This document shows positions 8,066-17,976 of a stretch of 38,853 bases of DNA, one piece after another (positions within the stretch are counted from its first letter, which is position 1; every line of letters starts with the position of its first letter). The DNA comes from Candidatus Omnitrophota bacterium (GTDB taxonomy: Bacteria; Ratteibacteria; UBA8468; MWAK01). A program made the position numbers and the translations under genes. The DNA lies in NCBI GenBank assembly GCA_043797665.1, contig JAZDPL010000020.1, forward strand, positions 1 through 38,853, given 5' to 3'. The notes beneath the pieces are model-generated. The model made no database searches, was not told the origin of the DNA, and was given only the letters and a program-made list of their open reading frames with translations.

Positions 8066-9640
8066 TTATCGCTGGTGGTCTATGTGTTTAAGCCAGTTCT
8101 TATCATCCCGGTCAGGGAAATCAGTACGGTAATGAGCACCGCGACTTTCGGTCCTCTTTAAGGCACTCCCGGTAATTAAACCGGCCAGCAAAAGCATGTT
8201 CTGCACTTCCCAACCCGCTGGTTCGGAAAAAGAGGTGGAGAGAACATAACCCTGCCAATCACTAATCTTTTTGAGGGCACCCTCCAGGCCCGACGCTTCC
8301 CGCTCAATACCAACCTGGCGCCACATCAACGTATTTAAAGAACGCCGCAAGTCGGATGCATCCAGCTGGGCGTTGTTCCAGCGCCGGGAAAATTTTATCG
8401 CGCCACGAAAGACTTCCGTCTTTTCTGCCGCAGACCGGCCTGCTCTGTTTCCAAAAACCAGACATTCCAGGAGGGAATTACTGCCCAGACGGTTGGCACC
8501 ATGTACACCGGAACAGGCGACCTCACCGCAGGCAAAGAGATTTTCCACGTCAGTTCTTCCCTCAGTATCGGTCCTTACTCCACCCATGGAATAGTGCGCC
8601 GCGGGCCTGACCGGAATAAGGTCGGACGCCGGGTCGATTTTAAAACGGCGCACCATAGCATAGATTGACGGAAACCGTTTCTTAAACTCCTGGCTCATCG
8701 TACGACAATCCAAATAGACGCAGTTTATCTGACGCCGCTTCATCCGGTCTAAAACCGCCTGGCTCACCACGTCCCGGGGAGCCAGTTCTCCTTTCGAATG
8801 GTAGGAAGGCATAAACCGTTCACCACGGTCATCAATTAGAATGGCGCCTTCCCCGCGTACCGCTTCGGAAATCAAAAAACGCGGGGCACCCGCCACGTAA
8901 AGAACCGTAGGATGGAACTGAATAAATTCTAAATCACGCAGATCCGCACCGCACCGATAGGCAGCGGACAGACCATCACCGGTGGAGATGGTCGGATTGG
9001 TCGTCTCCTGAAAAATCTGCCCGTTGCCGCCGGTAGCCAGAATGGTTGAGGCAGCCCGGATGAACAAAAACGCTTTCTTCTCCGCTTCATAAAAAATCCC
9101 CCCGACCACCGCCTTGCCGGACGTCACTAAATCAATCAAAAAATGTCGTTCCCGAATCTCAATCCGGCGGTTCTGGATAACCTGCGGAGAAAGGGTGCGG
9201 ATTACCTCGTTGCCGCTGCGGTCGCCGGCCGCATAAATAATCCGGGACACCGAATGGCCGCCTTCCCTGGTAAAAAGGAGTTGTTGCCCTTTCCTGGTAA
9301 AAAGCGCCCCGGTGGCAAGTAATTCCCTTATTCTCTCCGTTCCTTCCTCAACCAAAACTTTCACGGCGGCGGAATCAGCCAGTCCGGCCGAGGATTCCAT
9401 AGTATCTTTTAAGTGTTTTTCGGGAGAATCCTCCGGAGAAAGCGCTACCGCAATACCACCCTGAGCCAAATCAGAAGCACTCTCTAAAAGGCCCCCTTTG
9501 GTCACCAGGGTTACCCGACGCTGCCGGGCTGCGGTTAAACCTGCGGAAAGACCACCCGCCCCGCTCCCGATTACCAATACCTCGGTCTCTTCTTCGGGAA
9601 TGTTCTGGGAATCAAAATCAATTAAATAAGGCGCAACCAT
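8066..9640 (-). CDS. nadB: L-aspartate oxidase
   Basis: GSGAGG FAD motif, AQGGIA, REGGHS, QFHPT, LISEAVRGEG, LAPRDVV, HYSMGG, GVHGANRLGSNSL. Confidence 0.96.
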   Translation of the reverse strand: MVAPYLIDFDSQNIPEEETEVLVIGSGAGGLSAGLTAARQRRVTLVTKGGLLESASDLAQGGIAVALSPEDSPEKHLKDTMESSAGLADSAAVKVLVEEGTERIRELLATGALFTRKGQQLLFTREGGHSVSRIIYAAGDRSGNEVIRTLSPQVIQNRRIEIRERHFLIDLVTSGKAVVGGIFYEAEKKAFLFIRAASTILATGGNGQIFQETTNPTISTGDGLSAAYRCGADLRDLEFIQFHPTVLYVAGAPRFLISEAVRGEGAILIDDRGERFMPSYHSKGELAPRDVVSQAVLDRMKRRQINCVYLDCRTMSQEFKKRFPSIYAMVRRFKIDPASDLIPVRPAAHYSMGGVRTDTEGRTDVENLFACGEVACSGVHGANRLGSNSLLECLVFGNRAGRSAAEKTEVFRGAIKFSRRWNNAQLDASDLRRSLNTLMWRQVGIEREASGLEGALKKISDWQGYVLSTSFSEPAGWEVQNMLLLAGLITGSALKRTESRGAHYRTDFPDRDDKNWLKHIDHQR

Positions 9641-10255
9641 TCAGGGGTTGAAGTCCAAAACCTGGGGAGAAACATTGGGTGGCGCTGAAACGTTCTGGGG
9701 GTCGAATATCCAGATTACATGACCATCCATAAAGAGGAAATTGGTACCTCCGCTGTGCCGATTAGAGCAGATTTCGTAATAAAACGGAGGGTAGAGAGGC
9801 ACAGGGTCAGTAGGGGCTCCGACCGCGGCTACCGCATCTCCATCGGCATACACTTTAACGTCGTAAATTAATGGGAATGTGCTGGAATGGTTAACATCCG
9901 ACAGTTTCTGATTAGCCGCATTCCGATTGTAGGCGTAGTCATAGGAATTTTTCTTGTTCATATCCGTTGTACAGGAATAAATCGCTTCGTTATTAGCCAC
10001 ATACTCCATCGTCTGTTCAACCCAGCCGGTTTCACCGGGCAGAGTATCCTGATTATCCTGGCAGTACATACTGACCGCTATCCCCAACTGCTTCAGATTG
10101 TTGAGACAGTTTGTCCGGCGACCCTGCTCTCTTGCCCGGGAAAGTGCCGGCAGAAGCATACTCGCCAGAATGGCGATAATACCAATAACAGCCAAAACCT
10201 CAATTAACGTGAATCCCTGCTTAAAACATGCAGGGACAGGCCCATGCTTTCTCAT
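9641..10255 (-). CDS. Prepilin-type N-terminal cleavage/methylation protein with H-X9-DG motif (DUF1559-like)
   Basis: [30 protein letters not shown]...CLNNLKQLG and C-terminal [15 protein letters not shown]. Confidence 0.93.
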   Translation of the reverse strand: MRKHGPVPACFKQGFTLIEVLAVIGIIAILASMLLPALSRAREQGRRTNCLNNLKQLGIAVSMYCQDNQDTLPGETGWVEQTMEYVANNEAIYSCTTDMNKKNSYDYAYNRNAANQKLSDVNHSSTFPLIYDVKVYADGDAVAAVGAPTDPVPLYPPFYYEICSNRHSGGTNFLFMDGHVIWIFDPQNVSAPPNVSPQVLDFNP

Positions 10256-10260
10256 ATAGT

Positions 10261-10310
10261 GTAGGGGCTTGATTTATCAAGCCCGCGGGTCGGATGAATC
10301 CGACCCCTAC
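10261..10310. repeat. GTAG-type REP doublet (50 bp)
   Basis: gtaggggcttgatttatcaagccc-gc-gggtcggatgaatccgacccctac. Confidence 0.9.
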
Positions 10311-10340
10311 ATCAAATTATTTAATTGTATTAGTGATATT

Positions 10341-10892
10341 TTACTCTGAAAAAGCCCGCGGTGTCAAAGAAATACCGGCGGCACGTTGAAAACAGATGAG
10401 AAAAGAACCAAGGATGACACTGCGGCTGACCCGGTGGTTCAAAATTTCCTTGAGACTGACGGCGGGAATTGGCGAAGGAAAAAGGTCTGTCCGGCAGTTC
10501 ACATTAAGCCCAACACCCAGAACCGCTTTCTCGTCTTTTACCTCCAGGATGATGCCGGCTAATTTCTTATCTTCGCAGTAGAGGTCATTGGGCAATTTCA
10601 TCCGGGTCTTTAAACCGGTAACCTTTTCAATCGCCGAAGCGAGCGCCTGAGCCGATAAGAGGGTAACCTGGTTTACGGTTTCCGGAATGATAGGGAAAAT
10701 CAACAGAGAGAACCACAATCCGCCGACCGGCGAATACCATACCCTTCCCTGTCTTCCGCGACCGGCATCCTGGGTACGGCTGATTACCAAGGTCCCGGCA
10801 GGAGCACCAAGGGAAGCCAATTCCCAGGTTTTGTCCTGGGTGGAAGGAAGGGTGAGAAAAAAATAGGTGTTTCCTTTTTTCTTGGGCGGCAC
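10341..10892 (-). CDS. birA: Biotin-[acetyl-CoA-carboxylase] ligase, monofunctional (no HTH)
   Basis: STQ, QDAGRGRQGRVW, KLPNDL, KLAGILLE-like KLAGIILE and GVGLNV motifs. Start uncertain (GTG 10892 versus ATG 10925). Confidence 0.9.
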   Translation of the reverse strand: MPPKKKGNTYFFLTLPSTQDKTWELASLGAPAGTLVISRTQDAGRGRQGRVWYSPVGGLWFSLLIFPIIPETVNQVTLLSAQALASAIEKVTGLKTRMKLPNDLYCEDKKLAGIILEVKDEKAVLGVGLNVNCRTDLFPSPIPAVSLKEILNHRVSRSVILGSFLICFQRAAGISLTPRAFSE

Positions 10893-10897
10893 AAAAC

Positions 10898-11430
10898 TCA
10901 GACAGTGGCTAAATTTTTTATCCATCCACGAAAAAGAATATTGGTAATAAAGTATTCACCGTTGATTTTATCTATATAGTCATCAGCCACCAGTGACCCC
11001 AATATCCTTTGAACACTGGAAGGATAAGACAATTCGTTAGTATCAATAGATTCTTTTGATAACAGATTTTTACCGCCTTTATTTACCATAACTTGCAAAA
11101 TCTGCTTTTTGGAACTGGATAGTCTTCCCCATTCTTCTCGGAAGTTCTGATCGTACTGCTTAATGAGTTGATTGAGGGCACTTTCAATATCTTTCTCCTG
11201 GATTGATCTTTTGGTAGAGAGCGCTTGATCCCAGAGTTCATGAGAAATCATCTGAACATAATATGGAATATTTTCTGCTGTTTCAATAATTTTCGATATG
11301 GTGGGTTTTGTTATTTTCAGGCCTGTTGCATGGAATTTCTTATAAATAAATTCTTAATTTCTTCTTTGCGATTACAAAAGTCACTACCGGTGACTGCTTC
11401 CCCGTATACAAAAGGATTTTTCATTTTCAT
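10898..11430 (-). pseudogene. Archaeal-type AAA ATPase-wHTH gene with internal deletion and frameshift
   Basis: MKMKNPFVYGEAVTGSDFCNRKEEI joins out of frame near 11355 to EFIYKKF...IPYYVQMISHELW...SSVQRILGSL...LFRGWI. Walker A and B are missing. Confidence 0.8.
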
Positions 11431-11456
11431 AACGTGCTCCCTGTGAAATTACGCAT

Positions 11457-11504
11457 TTTTGCGTTACGCAAAATAGTGTAACATAAAAAAACCACCTTTT
11501 CAAG
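11457..11504 (-). promoter_or_regulatory. Promoter and palindromic operator upstream of the ATPase pseudogene
   Basis: TTGAAA, 18 nt, TACACT with a TGn extension on the minus strand. Palindrome TTTTGCGT-T-ACGCAAAA at 11457-11473 covers the expected start site. Confidence 0.55.
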
Positions 11505-11578
11505 TAGAAAATATCACGCTGGACACGTTGTTCCCAATGGTAAGAATATTCTCCGGTGGGGGGAATAACCCGACTTAC

Positions 11579-13546
11579 TTAGAAGACCAACTGGAAGACG
11601 GTCTTGGCGATCAGGGCGACCGCGACGGAGGCGGAGCCGATTAGACCCATTCCGCAGCCGTACCCGGCCAGAAGGAGCGGGGTCATCCTCCTCCACTCTT
11701 CCTTCCCGAAACGCCGTGCAAAGAAGAAATGTCCTAACAAAGCACCGCAGAACATCGGCAGGGCGGAATGGGGCAACATGGGAATACCACCGACGATTCC
11801 GTAGAAGAAAACAACGGGTAGTTTCAACAGATGTAAGAGGCCGGCCAGACCCAGACCACCGACTACCCCCCAGGTAATGAGTTGGGGCTTAACGGCCTCC
11901 AAAAGCCACCGGGCACCGCCGGGAACGGTGGAAGATGACCAGAGGGCTTTTTGAATCGCATACATAGGCCACATCCGCTGGACAAAGGGATAGGTAGAAG
12001 AAGGAATTGAACCCATGCGCCAGATAATGGACCAGAAGAGAAAACTGCAGAAGAGCATAATCCCTAAAGCGGTAAATTCTGCCTTGTACCAGGAGGTGAA
12101 CCGGGTCCGGAGCAGTTCCATCTGTTTAAACCCCTGGGTGGTACCGCCGTAGTTAAAGTACGGAACCGGCGCAAACCAGATATCCGCACCTTTATAACCG
12201 GAGAGGATAAACGTACCCTCGCGTAAATAGGGAAACGAAACCTGACTGGCCACACCGGTGATGCCGAACATCCGGGCCGAGATATAGGTTAAACCCGGCG
12301 TAAGAACAAAACCGTAAACAAAGAAAAGCCAGACCGGAAATCTGGGAACCAGAACAATACACAAAAGAATATAAAGAAGAGTAGCAATAATCCAGATTCC
12401 TAAAGCCAGAGATATGGGAACGTCTCCCCTGCCTTCGGGTAATTTTTCTTTTGGAACCGGGGCCTTATCTTTCCTCTTAGCCTTAAGAAAGAGAGGAGCC
12501 ACGCTCAGGATAAAGACCACAATACCCAATCCAATCATAATGCTGACCCAGAAATCAATGGTATTGGAAACCGAAGCGGGTATCGCACCCATTCCCGGCT
12601 GCCAGGTCTTAAGAAGATGGGTTTTATTATAAAGAATCGGGTTCATCACCGTCATCGCACCGATGGAACCGGCAAAGGTTCCCAGAACAACCCAGAAAGG
12701 CAAGACAAATCCAATTAAGATATTCCCCAGGTCGGTCATACACCCTAAAACCGCAGATGGAAGGATGGAACCCAACTGGCTGGTAAAATCCACCCAGGGA
12801 ATGGGAATAAGGGTGAACGGTTTTGCCATCACCAATCCGGTGAACGTAGGAATGAAGACATAGAACGCACCGTAAATAATACCAATCATCGCACCGATGG
12901 TAAAGATACGCCAGCGCGGGGTGTCTTTTTTGGCCGAACTGTCCGCCAAAGCCATTACGCCTTCCGCGGCTACCGGAGCCATCGGAAACTCCAGACGCTC
13001 CCGGTCGCTGGTTATCCGGAAAAAGGTATACCCTAAAGCAAAATTGTTAACCCGGTAAAGAAATTCGTGCCCGATGATAACCAGTATCGGCACCAACCAG
13101 GCGCGATGGAAGAAGGTGCGCTGGACAAGAGCGTCACTGCCGGCCGGCGGCACGACCCAGGCCGGAATAAGGTCGGTCAAGCCAAAGGCTTTGGCGTAAG
13201 GCGACTGGACGAAATACTGCTGCCAGATAGCGCTGCTGAAAGCACCTCCCTGAAGTATCATGTCACCGGTTCCAATCATCAGACCCGGTGCTACCAGAGA
13301 ACCCGCCACGATTAAGATAATATAAATCTCCTGACGCCGCAGTTGGACGAAGGAACGCTTGGCGACTTCAACAAACAAGATTAAAGTAACCCATTGGGCG
13401 GCACCGGCCAGAGAGAACCCGGCAATCAGACCCAGGTAAATGGCAGCCGGAAGCATAATCAATCCGATAAAGATTGCCGCGGCCAGGGTCTTGGTATTAA
13501 ACCCGCTTTCAAACGGTTCCGGAACTGAATTTTTTTGTGTATCCAT
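11579..13546 (-). CDS. OPT/YSL-like polytopic membrane transporter
   Basis: 655 aa with about 15 hydrophobic segments; PAAIYLGLIAG and ERLEFPMAPVAA are OPT-like motifs. Confidence 0.75.
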   Translation of the reverse strand: MDTQKNSVPEPFESGFNTKTLAAAIFIGLIMLPAAIYLGLIAGFSLAGAAQWVTLILFVEVAKRSFVQLRRQEIYIILIVAGSLVAPGLMIGTGDMILQGGAFSSAIWQQYFVQSPYAKAFGLTDLIPAWVVPPAGSDALVQRTFFHRAWLVPILVIIGHEFLYRVNNFALGYTFFRITSDRERLEFPMAPVAAEGVMALADSSAKKDTPRWRIFTIGAMIGIIYGAFYVFIPTFTGLVMAKPFTLIPIPWVDFTSQLGSILPSAVLGCMTDLGNILIGFVLPFWVVLGTFAGSIGAMTVMNPILYNKTHLLKTWQPGMGAIPASVSNTIDFWVSIMIGLGIVVFILSVAPLFLKAKRKDKAPVPKEKLPEGRGDVPISLALGIWIIATLLYILLCIVLVPRFPVWLFFVYGFVLTPGLTYISARMFGITGVASQVSFPYLREGTFILSGYKGADIWFAPVPYFNYGGTTQGFKQMELLRTRFTSWYKAEFTALGIMLFCSFLFWSIIWRMGSIPSSTYPFVQRMWPMYAIQKALWSSSTVPGGARWLLEAVKPQLITWGVVGGLGLAGLLHLLKLPVVFFYGIVGGIPMLPHSALPMFCGALLGHFFFARRFGKEEWRRMTPLLLAGYGCGMGLIGSASVAVALIAKTVFQLVF

Positions 13547-13559
13547 AATGTTGTAAAAT

Positions 13560-13609
13560 GTAGGGGCGACATTTATGACGCCCGCGGGCTTGATAAATCA
13601 AGCCCCTAC
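13560..13609. repeat. GTAG-type REP doublet supplying the stop codon of the 1458-aa gene
   Basis: gtaggggcgacatttatgacgccc-gc-gggcttgataaatcaagcccctac; the stop codon falls at 13598-13600. Confidence 0.9.
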
Positions 13610-16600
13610 GTTTATAATTTTTTCCCCTTCAGCCCGGTACTCGCGTTTCACTTTCGGACCAAGGGTACGCCAGACTAAAAACTGTTTGCGCATACCATCC
13701 AGGAACCGGCGGTTTAACCTCTGCCAGTCACTCTGTTCACCACTCTCCCTGTTTATTTGTACTTTTATTCCGTAGAAACCAAACTCATCCATCGGAACCG
13801 CCTTAAGGGTAGTATACTGACTCACCCCCAAATCAAACGGCGCTAAATAGACCCGGCAGGAAGTAATGTAGGAACGGCCCGCATCGCCGGATTCCACGGA
13901 AAGTTTACTGTCACTGGTATAGAAAGAACCAATCGCTTCGATGGAGTAAGAAGCGAAGTAATCACATAAAAAAGTCATCAGACCCAGAACCTCGTTTTCA
14001 CCCACCGTAAAGGGGAAATCAAAGTCCCAGACATCGCCACCCGGCTTGGGTAGAATCCAGCGCCGGGTAACGTCGGGAACCGATAACTGAGAAGCCTTCC
14101 GGGCGGGAAAGATGGTGGAAAGGAAGACCACAATCATCACGATTACCGTGGAAGTAACCGCGGAAAGAGACGAATAATTAAGAGTCAGACCTTTCAAGAG
14201 TCCTGCCGCCATCAAGATTTTGGTTACCACCTGCCCTAAGAGGTAACCGGCAACCGCACCGATAACCGCATAGACGCACGCCTCGGCAAAAAAGAGCGCC
14301 GCGATGTGACTGGGTGCCAGACCGACGCTTCCGTAAATTCCGATTTCCCGGATACGCTCATAGACCGCACCAAGCATCGTGTTGAGTACAATGAGGCTGG
14401 CGATGAGAATCGGAATAAAGAGGTTGCCGATGCCGGAAAAGGAGGTTAAACCCAACGAAGAATAGACCGAGGTCTTGCCGTCAACCCCGGCAAACAGGGT
14501 AACCGCCAGCCGGGAAACAAAGTCCTCGATCTCCTGCCGGATGCGGAATCCCGGGAAGAACTTAACCGCAATGGACTGGATGGTACCACCGCGGTCAAGC
14601 AGGAATCGGTAAGGCACGATAACCACATTGGCGGTCTCCTGGTGAGTAAAGGTTTCGGTCTTTCCCTCTCCTGCCATCACCTTGGCGGAGCGCTCCATCT
14701 TAAACTTTTGCATCTGCTGACTCGGCAGAACCGCAAAATCTACCGGGGTCAGACGTTCACCATCCAAATCCTGAAAATCGTTCATCTTTTTATCAGAGAT
14801 AATCCCCCGTACTATAAGACTCTCTCCAAAAATCTCCACATAACCCCGGCCGACCTCGGAAACCGGGAATTTTAAAGCTTCCGCCATCGTTTCCGAAAAG
14901 ATAACGGAGGGCTCGGAATCGCTCTCAAACCAGGTACCCGCACTCAAAAACCGGTCGAATCCGGTTACTGACTTCTCCTGGGGAGTTAAACCCAACAATC
15001 CGAAGGCAAAGGTTTCCTGATTTCCGCAAGCCACCCGGATAAAAGTCTTGTTCTCAAGAATAGGGTTGAGATACCACGCCCGGGGAGCCACAAAACCCTT
15101 CCGGATAAACTCACCCTTAACATAGTCGTAGGCGGGTGCTTCCAGGGGAGACCAGGTGCGGTCCCGGATAAGAAGCCCTTCGTAAGAAGCGGGATAGGAA
15201 CGGGCAATCTGGTTAAACCGGAGATAATTCTTGATGGAAGTGAAGGAAAGAACCGTAAAGGTCAGCAGAATCAAAGTAGATGCGGTTAGCGAGGTGCGCA
15301 GTTTCCGCCGTTTCATATTGGCAATGCCTAATCCGAAAGCGGTACCCGTAGCGGTGATTCTGCCCACGTCCGTTTCGTAGACTTTGGCGCGTTCACGTTT
15401 CAGACGCTGCATCAACTCTTCAAACCGGCCCGCCACTAAAAAGATTACCAGCACGGAAAGCGTCAGAATAATGAACGCTAAAAGAATCACCTCCGGACTG
15501 TTGCTCAGACGGAAGCCGGGGTGGACAAAACGCATCGCTAAATAGACCGCCAGAAAGAGACCGAATATTCCGGCAATCTGTTTCCGGATATCCGAATGAC
15601 CAAAGAAGAGCCTCTCGGTAAAGAAAGCGAAGGGCAAAAGGATGATGAAATAGAAGATAAGACCCTTAATCACGTCATTGGTAGTGGCACGGACATCGGG
15701 ATAGGCCCGGGATTCCAGTCCGACCGCACGGCGGCTGTTAACAAGAAATGAAAACCAATCCCGGTCAGCCAGATTCTGGGTCGCGGTCTTAAACCACTTC
15801 TTCGCTTCTTCGTGCAGGGCGGTTAAACGTTCGTTGGTAACTCCAAACCGGCTGAAGTTATTGATACGATACTCATTCAGATTAATCATGTCCTGACAGG
15901 CGCGGTAAGGCGTCCGGTTTAAAAGAAAAGGGTCGTCGGTAACCGCATATCCCAACCCTTCCGAACCGGCTTTACTCGTACCGTCCGGTGAGTTGAGCAA
16001 AAGAATCCGCTTACCTAAGGGACCAGCCTCACCGGCTACTTTCACCTCCATATCCGGCTGGGTATAGATAACCGCAACCGGCTCATCCTCGGAAGACCAT
16101 TCCCAGAGCCTGTTTTCCAGATAAGAAAAACCATACGCGGAGGGAATAGAATTGGCGGGATTGAAAAGGTCTAATTTATCCAACTGAATCAGGTACCGGG
16201 GGTCAACAAAATCATACAGGTTGGTGCTGGTACAATTAAAGAGTACTATCATCCAATCCTTAACCGATGCGTCCATTCTTACCCTCATCGGGAAATTTTC
16301 CGCGCCGTTGACTCCTCTATCGGGAGCCATGATGATACGACCGGTTTGAGGGTCCAGGTAATAAGATTCTAAATCCACTCCTGACTGACTCATCTGGGTA
16401 ATTTTAAATGACCCTTTTGCGTCGGTAAGGTCTAAATATTCTCCGCGAATTCCAAAAGCGCTCTTGCGATTTTGATAGGAGGAAAAATCCTTATTATACC
16501 CCCTGGGACAAACAATGGCATTTGGCACCGGTTGATTGGGTACAAAACCGGCTTTGGGGTCAAAGTAGACAATCTTTCCCTGCAGGGTTGCCATATTATC

Positions 16601-17974
16601 CTTAAGTTCCAGTTCTGCCTTCGGGAAGAAGTCCGGGTCAGTCAAGGCTCGGTAAAGTACGTTTCGCAGCAATTCAACCTGATTCGCCAATTTAGCGATA
16701 TTTAACCGGCTCAACGTATCCAGGGGTGTATCGACGTAGCGCCGGTTATCGTAAACGGTTACAAAGGAAAGAGCCGGAAGTCCGGCTGAAATAGCCAGGG
16801 AACCGTCGGTACGGATACTTTCCGGCAGGAAAGCCGAGAAGGCAATCCCCTTCTCCGGACTTACCCCGTTCAACAACTTTCCCTTATAGGCAGACGGGAC
16901 ATAATCCAGGAATTTTTTGGCAAAAGGCGCGAAATATCGCTGGGCATAGAGTTCGCTGCTATTGTGGTAGGAAGCAAGCAGGTCGGAATGACTGGAAAGT
17001 TCCAGTCCGATCATCAGTTTTATATCTATCGGTTCCGGAACCTTGGAAACGAACTCCCGGCGTTTCCGGTAATGCCGGTTGACAAAATCCCCCATTCCCC
17101 TCAAATAGGTAAAGTGACTGCCCACCGCGACAAAAAGTATTGTCCGTTTGGGAGGATACTGGCGGAAGTAATTGGCTAAATCAAGTAAGGCCGCGATACC
17201 GCTTGCCTGGTCTGCACCCGGAGCCAGAGATGGAATTACCGAAATAGAATCGTAATAAGCAGAGAGACAGACAATCTCTTTTTTTAAATCCGGGTCGGTA
17301 CCGGGGATATAACCCAAAATGTTGGCTGCCTCTGCCTTCTGCCAGTTCTGCCGGCAAAAGATAGTAGCCGATGGTAACGGCGCCTTAATCAAAAAGTTGG
17401 CATCTTCTTTCTTAATGTAAAACCGCGGGAGGTCAAGCGGAATACTCAAGAATTTCCGCCGGGCCTCAAAAAAAGTAGTATCAGTAGGTTCAATAAAGAC
17501 AATTGCTTTGGCACCTAACAGACCGGCGTCAAGCCAGCGGAAATCGCAGTTAAAGTCCAGAAGGACAATTGCTCCCTGTAATTCCTTCCCCTGATAATTG
17601 GCAACCGTTCCGTCACCACCGTAAACAACCGGCCCCTTGAATCCTTCCGGTGGCACCGTGGAAGTGCGCACAAAATTGGGCCAGACGGCCCGGATAGGAA
17701 ATTTTTTACCCTGACAGGCGATAAAAGCCCCCACCTCATCAACCGGCACCGCAACCGAATAAGTCTCCTTTTCAACTTCACGCAACCCCAGGGTTCTAAA
17801 CCTTGCTTCAATATAATCGGCGGCTGTCTGATTACCCGGATAACCAGGCATCCGGGAACCCAGGGAAGAGAGATAGGCAATATCTTCCTGAATCCCTGCC
17901 CAGACTACTTGAGAAAACAAAAGTACCACACAAAAAACAGCCCACTTACAGAATTTTTCTGCTTTCATATCCAA
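13598..17974 (-). CDS. Large membrane protein: PA + M28-peptidase-like domain fused to a MacB/FtsX-type permease
   Basis: Signal peptide; PA domain (GPVVYGGDG...GAKAIVFI); M28 fold (NILGYIPGTDP..KEIV..SAYYDS..PGADQASG..PKRTILF); LGIANMKRRKLRTSLT; FtsX motif ERIREIGIYGSVG...AE. Confidence 0.85.
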   Translation of the reverse strand: MDMKAEKFCKWAVFCVVLLFSQVVWAGIQEDIAYLSSLGSRMPGYPGNQTAADYIEARFRTLGLREVEKETYSVAVPVDEVGAFIACQGKKFPIRAVWPNFVRTSTVPPEGFKGPVVYGGDGTVANYQGKELQGAIVLLDFNCDFRWLDAGLLGAKAIVFIEPTDTTFFEARRKFLSIPLDLPRFYIKKEDANFLIKAPLPSATIFCRQNWQKAEAANILGYIPGTDPDLKKEIVCLSAYYDSISVIPSLAPGADQASGIAALLDLANYFRQYPPKRTILFVAVGSHFTYLRGMGDFVNRHYRKRREFVSKVPEPIDIKLMIGLELSSHSDLLASYHNSSELYAQRYFAPFAKKFLDYVPSAYKGKLLNGVSPEKGIAFSAFLPESIRTDGSLAISAGLPALSFVTVYDNRRYVDTPLDTLSRLNIAKLANQVELLRNVLYRALTDPDFFPKAELELKDNMATLQGKIVYFDPKAGFVPNQPVPNAIVCPRGYNKDFSSYQNRKSAFGIRGEYLDLTDAKGSFKITQMSQSGVDLESYYLDPQTGRIIMAPDRGVNGAENFPMRVRMDASVKDWMIVLFNCTSTNLYDFVDPRYLIQLDKLDLFNPANSIPSAYGFSYLENRLWEWSSEDEPVAVIYTQPDMEVKVAGEAGPLGKRILLLNSPDGTSKAGSEGLGYAVTDDPFLLNRTPYRACQDMINLNEYRINNFSRFGVTNERLTALHEEAKKWFKTATQNLADRDWFSFLVNSRRAVGLESRAYPDVRATTNDVIKGLIFYFIILLPFAFFTERLFFGHSDIRKQIAGIFGLFLAVYLAMRFVHPGFRLSNSPEVILLAFIILTLSVLVIFLVAGRFEELMQRLKRERAKVYETDVGRITATGTAFGLGIANMKRRKLRTSLTASTLILLTFTVLSFTSIKNYLRFNQIARSYPASYEGLLIRDRTWSPLEAPAYDYVKGEFIRKGFVAPRAWYLNPILENKTFIRVACGNQETFAFGLLGLTPQEKSVTGFDRFLSAGTWFESDSEPSVIFSETMAEALKFPVSEVGRGYVEIFGESLIVRGIISDKKMNDFQDLDGERLTPVDFAVLPSQQMQKFKMERSAKVMAGEGKTETFTHQETANVVIVPYRFLLDRGGTIQSIAVKFFPGFRIRQEIEDFVSRLAVTLFAGVDGKTSVYSSLGLTSFSGIGNLFIPILIASLIVLNTMLGAVYERIREIGIYGSVGLAPSHIAALFFAEACVYAVIGAVAGYLLGQVVTKILMAAGLLKGLTLNYSSLSAVTSTVIVMIVVFLSTIFPARKASQLSVPDVTRRWILPKPGGDVWDFDFPFTVGENEVLGLMTFLCDYFASYSIEAIGSFYTSDSKLSVESGDAGRSYITSCRVYLAPFDLGVSQYTTLKAVPMDEFGFYGIKVQINRESGEQSDWQRLNRRFLDGMRKQFLVWRTLGPKVKREYRAEGEKIINVGA

Positions 17975-17976
17975 CC

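Noticed and set aside
11340..11365. Programmed frameshift in the ATPase gene
   Set aside because: The Walker motifs are absent altogether, so deletion explains it better.
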